NCBI GenBank assembly: GCA_020184695.1
Contig: JAANOX010000091.1
Location: 1 to 64,000 of the forward strand
Direction of reading: 5' to 3'
Source of the DNA: Histomonas meleagridis 2922-C6/04-290x
Taxonomy: Eukaryota > Protista > Parabasalia
Length of the DNA stretch: 64,000 bases
The notes beneath the pieces were generated by a model. It was not told the origin of the DNA and searched no databases. It worked only from the letters and a program-made list of their open reading frames with translations. The translations under genes were made by a program, and so were the position numbers. Positions 1 to 12,331 of this stretch are shown here, piece after piece (position 1 is the first letter of the stretch; every line of letters begins with the position of its first letter).

Positions 1-2
1 CA

Positions 3-443
3 TGTTTCTTAGATACACATCGTGGAACACTTACTACTAATTATGAAGCAAGTGATGGAAACATCATCGAAAAAGGAAAAGAAGTAAATCTGATAAAAAC
101 AGAAGCGGAAATGTGGTCGATCGAATACGAAGGACGAAATTATCTTATACCGCAAAAGATAGTGAAAGTTACGCCGAAAGTACTCGTCGGACCTTTTCGG
201 AATTGGACAAACATAGGCTCAATGAAGATGCATTCGTTTAAATATTTGGAGCCTGATCAAAACCAATTGTTCAATGAAAAAGCAAACGAGAAAACTTTGG
301 ACTTGTTGAAGAACAAAATGAACGAGTTGGACGATATAGAAAAAAGATTAATGGAAATGTTGGAGGTAATAGATGAGGACCCTGGAAATGAGGAGAAAAG
401 AAAAGAAATAGCACAAATTATAGAGCATTTATGTAAAATATAA
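3..443 (+). CDS. 5'-truncated CDS with SH3-like domain and C-terminal coiled coil
   Basis: Frame is open from base 3. The segment NYEASDGNIIEKGKEVNLIKTEAEMWSIEYEGRNYLIPQKIVK follows the SH3 pattern. Stop lies in TAAA. Confidence 0.55.
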   Translation, partial: CFLDTHRGTLTTNYEASDGNIIEKGKEVNLIKTEAEMWSIEYEGRNYLIPQKIVKVTPKVLVGPFRNWTNIGSMKMHSFKYLEPDQNQLFNEKANEKTLDLLKNKMNELDDIEKRLMEMLEVIDEDPGNEEKRKEIAQIIEHLCKI

Positions 444-2329
444 AATGTCGATGTTTGTGAATAAAAACAATTTGGTATACACATAAGATTGGGAAATCAG
501 GATCATCGTTGACGTATCGTTTGCCATTTTTCATCATCGATGATATTTTACCGTTATTTAATGATGAACCATCGATCAATGATATTGAACGTTCTACATT
601 TTTATATCGTACATATCAAAAAGTGGATGAACAAAAACGATATAACTTTAAAATGTACGTTAATTCCTGTTAACGTTTGAGCTGGTGACATTTGTTGCAT
701 AAAAGTACATACTTTTTGAATTTAAACAGTCGATGATTTGTATTCAATACCAAAATTGAAAACAATTCAGAAGTCCAACGATCAAAAACAAACAAAAAAA
801 TTTTTTAGAATAGAAAGACTTTCAATGGTCAACTGGTAAAACCGCTGAGAAGCAAATTTCTTCAAATCTTTTTTTTTTTCATGGACTCTATATTTTTTGT
901 TCTTAAAAGCTTAGTGGCCTTTTTGTATGCGTATCCGTTTTCCACAATGTATTTAGATATTCTTTTATCGAGTTTTTCTGTCCAATTTGGTTCTTATTCA
1001 ATTTTCGTATGCATTTTCTTCTTCTTCAGTAAATCTAATAAGTACGACACTTTGAAATTAATGAAACTCTTTTAAATATAATTATTTCATAACTTCTTTA
1101 AAAATCTTGAGTGTTCGGGGGTGGGGGGGTGGGGGTGGTTTCGAATAAATTACTAACAATTTCTTTATTAAATTCTGTTTTTAATGGACTTGCGATAACC
1201 ACATCAAACATTTGTAATAAGTGAGTAAAGTGACCAGGAAAAGAAATTACATCTACATTAAATAGCCAAAAAATAAGATTTGCTTCGAAATTCCAGCGCG
1301 AAGAGTGTCTCATCAACAAATAATAATAATGGCTCTTCTTTTAACTCATCAGGTAAACGAAGCCTATGTATTGAAACCTCTGAAACAAAAGTTATGGCAT
1401 AATAAGTATATAATTTTTTGTCATGACACCTGTATTGTTACTTCCAAAATATACAAAATCAAAAAGTTGTGTTGGATCTTTCAATGTTTTTTTGCGTGGT
1501 AATATAATTGGTGGTTTTTGCTATTCCCCATGACCATTTACTGTAATTCCACCGGTGATTGATACATATTATACATAATCTCTCTTAAGCATTATCTCAA
1601 AATGAATAAACCATGATAAAATGGTATTTCGATCAATGTAACCTTCAAGCTATATGTAGTTCTTGACTTCTGACGATTTTTTTGATAAATTATTCCGATT
1701 ACTAATAATCAAAATGATTTCAATCATTGATGTAATTTTGAAATTATAGGCCGGCCCTTAAATTTTTGATTGCCAAATCCGAAATTAATAATAATGAAAT
1801 GATCAAATTTGCTTATTTTTTTGTGCCATTATTGAATTATACATACTAATTTTGCTATCAGTATCATATGTCATTCGATATGTTAGAATTACTTAATTAG
1901 TATTCTAAGTTGAGCTACAATGTAATTCGTTTGGTGGTACCACGCCCATTCGTGCCAAATTTAAATATCATTCAATTAGATAACTATCATATTGTTGCCC
2001 AAAACGGTTATGTTCAGAAAAACGTGACCGATACTCATTTTTGATATAAAGTATTGAATTTGGCTTTACCCATGGATTGGGTTTTCATTATCCCATTAAA
2101 GTGGGAAAAATTGGCATCATTATATTGATTCTCAACTCAATAGTTACAGGAAAAATATAAATTTTTCAAATGAAAATAATTTAAATATATATATATAATT
2201 ACAACACACCAGATATTCATACACAACAGATTAAACAATGTGGCTTTGTCGATAACTATCTTACATTTTTGTTGATCCAATATTTAAAATGAAAAGATAT
2301 CCTTTTGAAAATTCAAATTAAACTAAACT

Positions 2330-2782
2330 TTAGTTTTTACTTGATGTAGCATTGCGGCGATTGCAGCACTCACGAAATTCGGTCATTGATTCAAATAGTT
2401 TTTGAATATCATCTGTTGATTCCATCCAAAATTCTTGAGGAGATGAAGTTGTAGAGAAAGTAATTCTTACTAAAAAGTGGTCCTTTTCATCAACTTCATA
2501 TGATTTTATCATATTTCCGCGACATTCAAAAACTGTTCCTTCAAAATTACCTTTAATAGTCATTCTTTTACGGTAAAAATCAAGGTTGAGAGTCCTTTTG
2601 ACATTTCCGACAATGAATTGCTTCTGTGTTATCTCAAAAGTGATTAAATGAGATCCAAGTTTATCAGTTGGCCTTTCGTAAAGATCCAAATTTTGCGATG
2701 CAATTTTAGATCCTTCCAGTGCCTTTTCAGCATTAAAAGCATCTGGAAAAGGAACAAAAGGACAGGTTTTCATCATAGACAT
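2330..2782 (-). CDS. hypothetical protein, possible PH-like fold
   Basis: ORF with first ATG at 2782. Beta-rich pattern followed by a C-terminal helix (FWMESTDDIQKLFESM). Confidence 0.5.
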   Translation of the reverse strand: MSMMKTCPFVPFPDAFNAEKALEGSKIASQNLDLYERPTDKLGSHLITFEITQKQFIVGNVKRTLNLDFYRKRMTIKGNFEGTVFECRGNMIKSYEVDEKDHFLVRITFSTTSSPQEFWMESTDDIQKLFESMTEFRECCNRRNATSSKN

Positions 2783-3030
2783 CACCAAAGTAACCCATTT
2801 TGGCAATAAAAATTGAATAAAAATAATTTGTCATCTTTGTTTATTATCAAATATTTCCTACAACTTCTATCGTATTTGTATTTCTAACAATCCCTATAAA
2901 AAGATAGAAAAATATATATAAATATTGCAATATTGATTTATAATCATAAAAATAATTCATCAAATTAATGAAAAAAATCAAGGCATGAAGTATCTTTCAT
3001 TTTTTTTTATATGTGATTGAATGAATTAAG

Positions 3031-3585
3031 TTACTCCTTTGAGTTGCTTACTTCGATCTCTGAGAAAGCAAAAAACGAAACAAATGAAATTACCCAAAGA
3101 ATCAAAAAGATAAAGAAGGTTTCAAAAGAATTTTGTCCGTATGAAAAGCAGTAAGTCATTTTTTGATAATCAGAAGCGTAATCTTGATTGTATCCTTGTG
3201 TAACTGAATCATTATTGAAAAGGACATAACGTTGAATTTTCAGATTATTAATTTGTTGATGTTCAATAGATGTTGCAATCAAAGCAACGCCGTTTAGAAT
3301 AAAACTAATGAATGTTGAAACAATATATACTGAAAAAAAATAGTCTTCATAATGAATTTGGAGATTAAATAATGATTTAAACCCAAACGAAGCAGAAACC
3401 AATGAAGATATTATTATCAAAAGGCCTAAAATTAAATTTCCAGCACCATTAGCATTTAAAAAAATTTTTTGAGAAACAAGAACAATCCAGTAAATTGTGT
3501 AAGCAGTAACTCCAACTGGAAGTAAAAGCAATATCATCCAAATAAATCTTCTAATATAATGTACATTCAAAGTTCTGATTTCCAT
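3031..3585 (-). CDS. four-TM membrane protein (tetraspanin-like topology)
   Basis: 184-aa ORF with three N-terminal hydrophobic helices, a loop and a C-terminal helix. Confidence 0.6.
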   Translation of the reverse strand: MEIRTLNVHYIRRFIWMILLLLPVGVTAYTIYWIVLVSQKIFLNANGAGNLILGLLIIISSLVSASFGFKSLFNLQIHYEDYFFSVYIVSTFISFILNGVALIATSIEHQQINNLKIQRYVLFNNDSVTQGYNQDYASDYQKMTYCFSYGQNSFETFFIFLILWVISFVSFFAFSEIEVSNSKE

Positions 3586-3950
3586 GTGAAAAGATCACAG
3601 ATAACATTAAACGTTCTTTTCATAAAAAAGAAAAAAAAAAAAAAAACTTTTGGAAATCACAGTATACTAAACAAAACAGCTACCACGACAATTGATTCTA
3701 AAAATATTTCTTATTATATATTTTTGCGAATTTGAAATTTCTTTGATTTTTTTAATTAATCACATTAAAGTTAGGAAACTTAAAGAATAGAATAAAATGA
3801 ATAAACTTAAGGTCAACATTATTATATATAGGGATATTAAATTATTTCGGAGAAAAAGTATCATGTTTTGATACCCAATTGCCACCAGAATTTTGACAGT
3901 TGTTTATATTCAAAAATACCACTTTTTGTCAGACCATAAAAGAATTCAAA

Positions 3951-5225
3951 ATGTCCAACGAGGACTTTGAGATCTTCGACTCTTCACTCAACGTGCATTA
4001 CGAAGGAAAACACCTTACTTTCAAGTGCCCTGTAAAAATTTCAGAAGAAACAAAAAATGGAATTCGAAAAATTCAAAACAATATAAATAGTGTAATTATT
4101 GCTCCAAAACTCAAGGCTAACAAAGAATGGCAACTTAGAGGTGGAAACTCCCAACAACGTCTTGAAGTTTTAAAATATATTTTAAGTCATACACTAAATA
4201 GAGATGGCAAACCTTTATTCGACCCAAGCAAAGTATATCCATTTCCTATTAAATACCTAAAATATATGAATTATGGAATTACAAGTAGCACTGTTCCGGA
4301 TGATTTATCGAAACCAGAATTTGCAGACTTAAATATTGATAAATGGAGCAAAATTCAAAAGCAACCAACACCAGACCTAAGCCAATACACACTTCCTCTG
4401 GTTTTAGATTTTATGTATTCCACTATTATTATCTCATTATTTGGAAACGAAGAAGATCTCGATCAATTCGAAGAACTAAAGCGAGAACAAGAAGTAGACA
4501 AGAAAATAATCATTGAGCTAAACATTCCTATCCGCGTTCCAGTTGTCATCAAGCGCATTCCCGGATACAAATATGAATTTACATTTGCTGACTATTGTCA
4601 ACACAAAGCCCAAGAAATTTGTGATCAAATTACAAAGCTAATAATACCTACAGTTAACAAATACACCACATTAGTTACCGTATATTCAAATGTTGATCAA
4701 GCCGAGAAAAAAGCCATTGAAAAGCTGACAACATCACTTAAAGATGTAGATGTGGTTGTTGTTCAAGACGAGACCACAATCGAAGAAGATCTTGCTAAAT
4801 CTTATGTGCTTTTTATTTCACATGACATGTCGGAGGAAGTCAAAAGTGAAATTCAAAAAATTTCAAAGGATTACTTCGAAAATATTCGTCTTTTACAATG
4901 CTCGAGATGCCAATGTTTCTACTCACCAACGCAAACTGGCGAGGAATGTATAACAGGAAGGCATAAAGGACACCAAATTCCATTTGATAATGGTGAAATG
5001 GAAATGTTCGATGTTAACGAAGAAACAGGTGAACCAGAAACATATATCAATATGTCATGTTGTGGAGAGGTTCTTAAGGATTGTAGTGATCCTGAAATGT
5101 GTTGCGAAACGGTAAATAATGGAAAACATATCGAATCTCCAAACCCAGAAATTAAATCTGAAATGATATTCCTGGACAAGATCCCTGATGTTTCGTCATC
5201 AATCAATGACGAACCAAATAACTAA
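3951..5225 (+). CDS. hypothetical protein with C-terminal CHORD-like Cys/His zinc-binding motif
   Basis: Long ORF, ATG at 3951. Motif CSRCQCFY...C..GRHKG...SCCG...CC...KH. Confidence 0.55.
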   Translation: MSNEDFEIFDSSLNVHYEGKHLTFKCPVKISEETKNGIRKIQNNINSVIIAPKLKANKEWQLRGGNSQQRLEVLKYILSHTLNRDGKPLFDPSKVYPFPIKYLKYMNYGITSSTVPDDLSKPEFADLNIDKWSKIQKQPTPDLSQYTLPLVLDFMYSTIIISLFGNEEDLDQFEELKREQEVDKKIIIELNIPIRVPVVIKRIPGYKYEFTFADYCQHKAQEICDQITKLIIPTVNKYTTLVTVYSNVDQAEKKAIEKLTTSLKDVDVVVVQDETTIEEDLAKSYVLFISHDMSEEVKSEIQKISKDYFENIRLLQCSRCQCFYSPTQTGEECITGRHKGHQIPFDNGEMEMFDVNEETGEPETYINMSCCGEVLKDCSDPEMCCETVNNGKHIESPNPEIKSEMIFLDKIPDVSSSINDEPNN

Positions 5226-5442
5226 ACACAACAAAATTATTTTTTTTAACAAGAACAAATTCAAAATTAACGTTAATTTCTTGTCTTAAAATTGAATGTG
5301 AATAGCTGTTGAGAAAAAGTTTATTGCCTCAAAAACTTCAATGACCGGGATCCACTTTTTGGGGCGAATTTTTTTCCCCGTTTTGAATTTTGATATAAAA
5401 AAAGTCGGTTTCAATCGTTTTGTATATTGACGGTTTTCCAAA

Positions 5443-5862
5443 ATGTTTTTCTTGTCTTTCGCAATTCTTACTTTGTCATTATCAAATTCGAAGGAAAAGG
5501 ATGAAATATCGGTAAAGAAAGAAAAGATCAAAAAGAGAGAACTTCTTGAAGAAATTTATAAAAAAGAATCAAAAGACGATAAAGATAAAGAAGATGAAAA
5601 ATCACATAAAAGCGACGACGACGACGACAAAGAAGGATTTACTGGTTTTATGAAGTCAACACCTGGAGTAATTATGATAATTATTGCTGCTTTATTAATC
5701 TTGTTTGGCATCGGAATAACAATCTATTGCTTGTTCCGAAAGAACATAATATCTTTTCAGTCTTGTCATTGTTGCAAAAAGAAAGTTGATTCAATGGATC
5801 AATATGGGCAAGTTATTTTGGATGACTCTGATGATCAAGAATTTATCCTTCAACCACTCTAA
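5443..5862 (+). CDS. small type I membrane protein
   Basis: Signal peptide, charged ectodomain, one TM helix, Cys cluster (SCHCCKK) and acidic tail. Confidence 0.65.
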   Translation: MFFLSFAILTLSLSNSKEKDEISVKKEKIKKRELLEEIYKKESKDDKDKEDEKSHKSDDDDDKEGFTGFMKSTPGVIMIIIAALLILFGIGITIYCLFRKNIISFQSCHCCKKKVDSMDQYGQVILDDSDDQEFILQPL

Positions 5863-6000
5863 AGCTTATTCACTAAATCAAACCATAGTATGTAAATTTT
5901 GATTTTAAATTCAAATCAATTTGCATTTCCATTTCATAAAGTGAAGTTGATTAATTCCTCAAAAATTTCATATTTCGTATATATATAAACAATTTACTCA

Positions 6001-8790
6001 TTAATTGATTTTTTCTTCCAATGATTTATGACAATCGTTTTCAATGATTTCCTTTAATTCATTTATACAATCATTTGTTGTCTCATTCAATTCCAATTTT
6101 TCATATTTTTCTACAATTTCACCGATTAGCATAAAATCTCTTAGCTTTAGTCTTGTTGCCAAACACACTGCTTGTTGGCCCTCTACAAATCTCTTTTCCA
6201 AAGCGCACACTAAAGCGATGTAACCCCAAGTGATTGGCTCCCATTTATCCAATATGTTTGCTTGTGTAAACGAAGCCTCTGCCTCATTTAGGTCATTATT
6301 TCTTAGACAACAAATTCCTAAGCATATCCACGCGATTGATATTTCCATATTTTGGACAACATACATTAATAAGTTATATGCCTTCTCATAATATTCTTTC
6401 TTAATGTATATGATACTTAACATTAGACATACTTCTGGATCAGGCTTATTCGAAACAGCTAAAATTTGTTCGAAATTTGTTTGCGCTTTATTATAATCAG
6501 TTGACTCATAATAAAATTTCCCAATTGTTTTCATGATATTAATATCTTCGCAATCAATTTCAAGTGCTTCTTTTAAGTATTCTTGTGAGCGTTGATATTC
6601 TTTATTAAGTTGTGTAAGTTTCGCTAATAGTATTAATAATTCTTTGGAGCGTTGGTTTTGTAATTGTTCTTTAACTAACATTATCTCCGATAAATATGTG
6701 TCATTAACTGATAATAAATTACGAGCAGCAATTAAATATGGTGACGTAGAGAGTTGTGATGATAAATGTGATACTTTAGCTAAGTATTCATCACTTTTGG
6801 TGGACTCAATTAATTGATATAAAATGGATAAACAAACTATGATGGTTGGATCATTTGGATCTCGTTCTAATAACATATTAAGTAAAACAATGCAATCTTC
6901 TTTGTTATCATTCTTGGCTAAATTTGCACAAAAACCTAAAATAGAGGGTGGAAAGTTATAATTAATAGAAATGGACTTAGCAAAATAGTCTAATGATTTG
7001 GGTGAATGAATACTATTATAATATAATGCTACTTCAAATGCCCATTGTGAATTAAGTGGCTCTAATTCACATCGGCGAAGATATAATGATTCAATATCAT
7101 ATAACGAAAAATAAAAACTGGATTCAATTCGTTTCGTAATATGATATACATCAATAGCAGGAGGAAGAGGTAAAGGTCTGGGATACGTTAAGTGGAACCT
7201 ATCGTTGACGGTTTTGTTGAGGTTTACAATTAAAAATGATCGGAGTTCGGATAGAAAAGCATCAGTAATCTTGAAGTCTGTGTCGCTTTTGGAATGATAT
7301 ACTTGTTTGACTATTTCAACTATGGAAGGTTTGAGTTCTTCTTTAATAACTGTTCGTAATGAATCGAAATTTGATCCTTCATTATGAGCAATTGTAAGTC
7401 TTTCAATGGCTCTTTTGATTTGATGACAAAATTCTTCAGTAGCATTAGCAAGTCGATCTTTATGAAATTTTGGTAAAGGTTTAATGATTTCTTCAGGCGT
7501 TTTAGTTGATGCTGGCGTAGCAGGTCTAGGAATTAATGGCTTTGAAAATGTAATTTCAAGTTTAACTTGAGTTGTAGATTCTTCAAAATAATCTGTATTA
7601 GGATCAAAGTTAAGAATTGATTGTAACTGTGCTAAAATCTTTTTGTCTTTAGCTGTTAGAGCTTTTGGTTTTTTGTTGCTAGTAATGTTATTCGAAGAAC
7701 TACTTGGAAAGATATTACTTTTGCTTTTGGTAGCTGAGGTGCCCCTACGAAGCGACACTTTTTTCCTGGAATCCGTTTGTTCTGGCGGGAAACCGTTTGG
7801 TGTAAATGAGGGTGCCTCGAAATTATGTTCTTCAAATTGTTTGTCTCTCAGAAGTGGAATTGTTAATGGGAAATGTGATCTTCCTGGCTTAATAAAATTA
7901 GAAATTGGTACTTCAGCAACGCCAAAAAGTGCTCCATATTGTTCTTGTTGGATACCAAGTGGTTGAAGAAGAGCATTTATTTCAGGTCTCAAGTAAAATT
8001 TAAGCGTTTGTTCTTCTTCAGCTTCTTTTTTAACCTTTTCTACTCCTTCAGAAGAAACAAAAATTTTTTGTATGGAATTAAATTGAATTGATGCATCAGA
8101 TGCATCCGGTGTATTCGATACAAACCTCCCATTTTCCCAAACTAATACTTGGCCATCAGGAAATTGGGTTGCAAGAGAATATGTGAAAATATGAGTTGCA
8201 TAATTATTCGGTTGAGTTGTACTATTTATAATTGCCAGAGGAGGCATATTTATTGATGATATGTTAAATGTTGTTATCATCGAGTTATCACATTCTTCTT
8301 GTGTAAAAAGTGGTGTCAGCCATGTACATTCTATGTTTAGCTTAATTCCTTCTGGAGATAAAACGTTTTGACCTTCTGGTAATAATTTCCCCTCTATTGA
8401 TGATGAATATGAATTATTAAAAATGAGTTCATCAAAGTTAAAAATAAAATTTGCAATTTGTGTTTGCTTCCTCATATCATAAGAGCAAATGTACAAAAAG
8501 AATTCGAGTGGATTGGATAAGAGACAATTGATTGTTTGAGGATAAATTGATATTTGATATGTTTCCGAAAAATCAAATTTTACTTTCTCATTTGGTTTGA
8601 ATAATGGAGAAAGTGAATCTGATAAATGTGTTGGAAATAGAATTGATGCTGCTAAAAATTGTTGAGTGCCAAGTTCTGTAAGAAATTTTAAACCTTCGAC
8701 AAAATTGATTGTCACCCTTAAATCAACTGTTTTTTGTTCAATGATAAGTGGAGATATCTCAGAGGTTGAACCAGAAGGAGATTGAATCAT
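6001..8790 (-). CDS. CFAP70: cilia- and flagella-associated protein 70 (TTC18)-like TPR protein
   Basis: Blocks GVAEVPISNFIKPG, VKLEITFSKPLIP, EEFCHQIK, ELKPSIVEIVK and FLSELRSFL occur in CFAP70 order, followed by C-terminal TPRs. Confidence 0.75.
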   Translation of the reverse strand: MIQSPSGSTSEISPLIIEQKTVDLRVTINFVEGLKFLTELGTQQFLAASILFPTHLSDSLSPLFKPNEKVKFDFSETYQISIYPQTINCLLSNPLEFFLYICSYDMRKQTQIANFIFNFDELIFNNSYSSSIEGKLLPEGQNVLSPEGIKLNIECTWLTPLFTQEECDNSMITTFNISSINMPPLAIINSTTQPNNYATHIFTYSLATQFPDGQVLVWENGRFVSNTPDASDASIQFNSIQKIFVSSEGVEKVKKEAEEEQTLKFYLRPEINALLQPLGIQQEQYGALFGVAEVPISNFIKPGRSHFPLTIPLLRDKQFEEHNFEAPSFTPNGFPPEQTDSRKKVSLRRGTSATKSKSNIFPSSSSNNITSNKKPKALTAKDKKILAQLQSILNFDPNTDYFEESTTQVKLEITFSKPLIPRPATPASTKTPEEIIKPLPKFHKDRLANATEEFCHQIKRAIERLTIAHNEGSNFDSLRTVIKEELKPSIVEIVKQVYHSKSDTDFKITDAFLSELRSFLIVNLNKTVNDRFHLTYPRPLPLPPAIDVYHITKRIESSFYFSLYDIESLYLRRCELEPLNSQWAFEVALYYNSIHSPKSLDYFAKSISINYNFPPSILGFCANLAKNDNKEDCIVLLNMLLERDPNDPTIIVCLSILYQLIESTKSDEYLAKVSHLSSQLSTSPYLIAARNLLSVNDTYLSEIMLVKEQLQNQRSKELLILLAKLTQLNKEYQRSQEYLKEALEIDCEDINIMKTIGKFYYESTDYNKAQTNFEQILAVSNKPDPEVCLMLSIIYIKKEYYEKAYNLLMYVVQNMEISIAWICLGICCLRNNDLNEAEASFTQANILDKWEPITWGYIALVCALEKRFVEGQQAVCLATRLKLRDFMLIGEIVEKYEKLELNETTNDCINELKEIIENDCHKSLEEKIN

Positions 8791-10017
8791 TGAGAAATAA
8801 ACGTTATTTGATTTGATAAGGTTACTAAAAAATGGAGAACGTTAAATTCTTTTTTCACCATAAACCACTGAAAGAGGCATCCTTTTGGAATCGACCAAAT
8901 TGTTATAGAAAATTCATTGTATACTTTACAAAAATCCTTAAGACCAAATTTGTAAATGCGTTCATTAATTAACATTCACAGCGATAATTGAAGTAACACA
9001 ATAGCTACACCAGAACTAAATACTGAGCAGAAGCCTAAGTCTACCTTAGAAAACATGAGATTGAAAATTATTATTCATAACCAACAATTAGAAATGAAAT
9101 CGCAGTAAAAAAAGCAGCGAAGCATTTCTTGCATTATAAGTATGAGATTACTATTTTATAATTTCAGTGCAAAATAAAAAGAATTTAAAATTAATTCCCT
9201 AAAATGTTCAAAATCTTGAAATAAACAAATAAATTTGCTTAAAGTCCGATTTAGTTGTATTCTTAAATTGTGAACATTGTCAATCAATTTAAGGAAAATG
9301 AAAGATACGATAAATATTAGCATAAATTTTATAATGAAATCAATGCCTTAAAGGCACAGTAATAAAACATATGATCAAGGTGGTAATCCAAATTATAATT
9401 AAAATTTATATCATATTACCAAAAAATAAAGAACTTAATAAAATGAAAAACATGTTATAAAACAAGCCTCTGAAGGGAAATTAAAAACATATTCTAAATA
9501 AAATAAAGTATATTTTAAATTTTCAATTTTTTTGTCATACTCAAAATCTGACTATTAAATGACATGGTTTGTTAATAACTGGCACTTCAATGGAAGTCAT
9601 TTGAGTTTAGCATTGGTTGATTTCCTGATGTGTCTTTTCCGCTGAAATAACCGCTGATATAATCCTTTTTTACTGTTAAACGGTTTTCAATGATTCTACG
9701 GCCGTAGAAAAATTCCTCTGAAATGGCTTTTTAATTATCTGGTCTGCCCTTCAATAATTGAGCTGATTTTTTGGGGTTGAAAGGATAACCTCCAAAATAT
9801 ATTCAAATCAAAAAAATTAACCACACCCTCTAAACATGTCTTAAAATAAATTTTATTTGTCATGAACAAATCAATATCATAAAATACTGTGGAATTATTC
9901 TCAATATTTGGTAATATAATTAAATTTAAAAAAGATTAATATGAAATCATTTAGAAAAAAAGATATTAATATTGATGTTTTTTGACAAATTTGAATAATT
10001 CCCTTCAAATAACTTTA

Positions 10018-10497
10018 ATGAGCAAACCATTGCGCAAGAACCCTTTCTCTGTTGCAGAAGATATTCAGATATACAATCACGTGTCCAAAAATGGGCCATG
10101 CAATTGGGGTATAGTTGCAGCACAACTTTCAAGAACTCCAAAACAATGTCGAGAAAGATGGAACGGGCATTTGAATCCATCAATAAATAAGGGACCTTGG
10201 ACTCATATGGAAGATTGCATTTTAGCTGAAAAGCAAAGAATTCTCGGAAACAAATGGGCAGAAATTGCAAAATTCCTCCCTGGAAGAACAGATACAATTG
10301 TGAAAAACAGATGGAATACATCTGTTAAGCATCGGCTTGCTGAATTTCGTTCTGTTAGTGAACCAAATCGTTTTCAAGTCACCCAAGATATATCTAGGTG
10401 GCTTGAGCAATTCCAAAAAGGAAGCTTTGCATCAGCTGAATTTTCTCCAAGCTTGTCATGTGTCACAATTGCTCCTTTGATCACTCAAAAAAAATGA
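10018..10497 (+). CDS. R2R3 Myb-like DNA-binding protein
   Basis: RTPKQCRERWNGHLNPSINKGPWTHMEDCIL...GNKWAEIAKFLPGRTDTIVKNRWN. Confidence 0.92.
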   Translation: MSKPLRKNPFSVAEDIQIYNHVSKNGPCNWGIVAAQLSRTPKQCRERWNGHLNPSINKGPWTHMEDCILAEKQRILGNKWAEIAKFLPGRTDTIVKNRWNTSVKHRLAEFRSVSEPNRFQVTQDISRWLEQFQKGSFASAEFSPSLSCVTIAPLITQKK

Positions 10498-11312
10498 AAA
10501 ATGCGATAAACTAAAAATGGATCCTCCTTAATCGCTTGTTAATATTCTTTTCGTTGGCGTTGATTTTTAAAATTTATGTGAAAATTTAGTTTAAATTTAT
10601 CTTATGTAATGACAAAATATTTTGTTTAGCAAATGTTTGTATTTTACGCTCAATGTCTTGTAAGATAAAAAAAAATTGTATACAAGGATAGAGCATATTG
10701 TCAATAATTTTATGGAGTTCCAAAGAAGGACTTAAATTTTTTAATAATGACTATGCTTAAAATTTGCTAATATACTACAGTGTTTAAAAAGTGATTTTAG
10801 GAGAAATCAATTTTTATCATCTTTTTTATATATAATTTAAAATTTGATTTATCCCATGCTTGAGATTAAATGAATAATAGAAACAGTAGAAGTGTGCTTA
10901 AATACATTCTCTTTTACTAATAATCACCTACATGTATAAATAAAAACGACATGTAGTACAATGTTTTTGTACGTTAATTTGTCACTTTCTTATTGCTTTT
11001 GCCCTTTGAGTGTTTATCTTCAATCCCATTTTTAAAAAGACTGTTTCATTATTATTATTTATTTTATAAATACTAATAATCATTATAAAAAAAAAGTAAA
11101 AATGTAAAGTAAATATAACCTTCTATTAAATATGAATACAATGCATTAATTTATTGGTTTTAGATAATAAAATACAAAATTGTTTTAATAAGAAGAAACA
11201 TTTATTTTATTAATATATGAGTAAATATTATATGTAATTTCTTCTGAATCAAAGATTAAATATTTCATACATGAAAACCGTTTAGATCTAGACACTTTTT
11301 TAATACATTTTA

Positions 11313-12223
11313 ATGAAGACAGTTTCCAAATACATTAATAAACTTTTACATTTTTTCGAATTTAATGAAACACAAGTTTTTCAGATATCTGTTCCATATC
11401 AACAACATAAATTTTTAACGACATTTGAACGACAAAATTCAAGAGATCTTCGAGGAGAATTTGAAAGTACGATCACATTTCCATATTCACGAATAATTGG
11501 GAAAATTTATAGTGATGAAACGCCCAAAATTATATATATTGTTAATAATTTTATTCCACGTCTTAAAACAATTTTTTCTATTTCATTTGAAGAACATTTT
11601 CCAATATCAATTAAAACGAGTTATTTTACTACATTTAATAAATATACATTTAAAGAAAATTTCTATTTTACTACAGGTACATCAAATGATCAATTTCGTC
11701 GTATTTTTCATAGTTCGACGACAATTTTTAATAATAAATATTCTATTCGATTTGAAACATTTCATGGATTAAATTTAATTTTGGTTGAAACATTTCTTCA
11801 TCACCCGATTAATATTGGATTTAATAGTATTTATAATTGGAAAGACAAACGAATTTCAGATTCACGATTTTTAGTAATTTTCACATTAAAAATATTGAAA
11901 TTATTCCAATTTTCTCATATCTTGATCGATCGATTGAATTCGTCATGAAACATCAAATTCAAGACAAACTTCAATATGGAATTCTTGTTGGTTTTGAAAA
12001 TATTGGATATGAAACAGATTTTAATAGTGTTATTGGTATTAAATATCAACATAATGATCGAACTAATTTCAAATTTATAGGGAATAATCAAAAAAAAATT
12101 TCACTTGAAATTCGAATGAAATATCAAGAAATTCTTTCAATGAAATTTATGAGTTCATTTGATTTCAAAGAGTTTGAAAGTAAATATGGAGCTAATATTA
12201 TTTTTGAATTAAAGAGATCATAA
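11313..12223 (+). pseudogene. Porin_3 (VDAC/Tom40)-like gene, copy 1, one frameshift
   Basis: Matches 26270-27181 except for one missing T in a T-run at ~11870, which may be a sequencing error. Confidence 0.7.
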
Positions 12224-12331
12224 ATTCAAAATAAAAAAATATTTTCTAATTTTTTAATTTTTTTTTTTAATTTTTCATTTTGTCACTTTTCACCAATTCA
12301 TAAACTTCGAAATAAAAAAAATCAATTTTTC

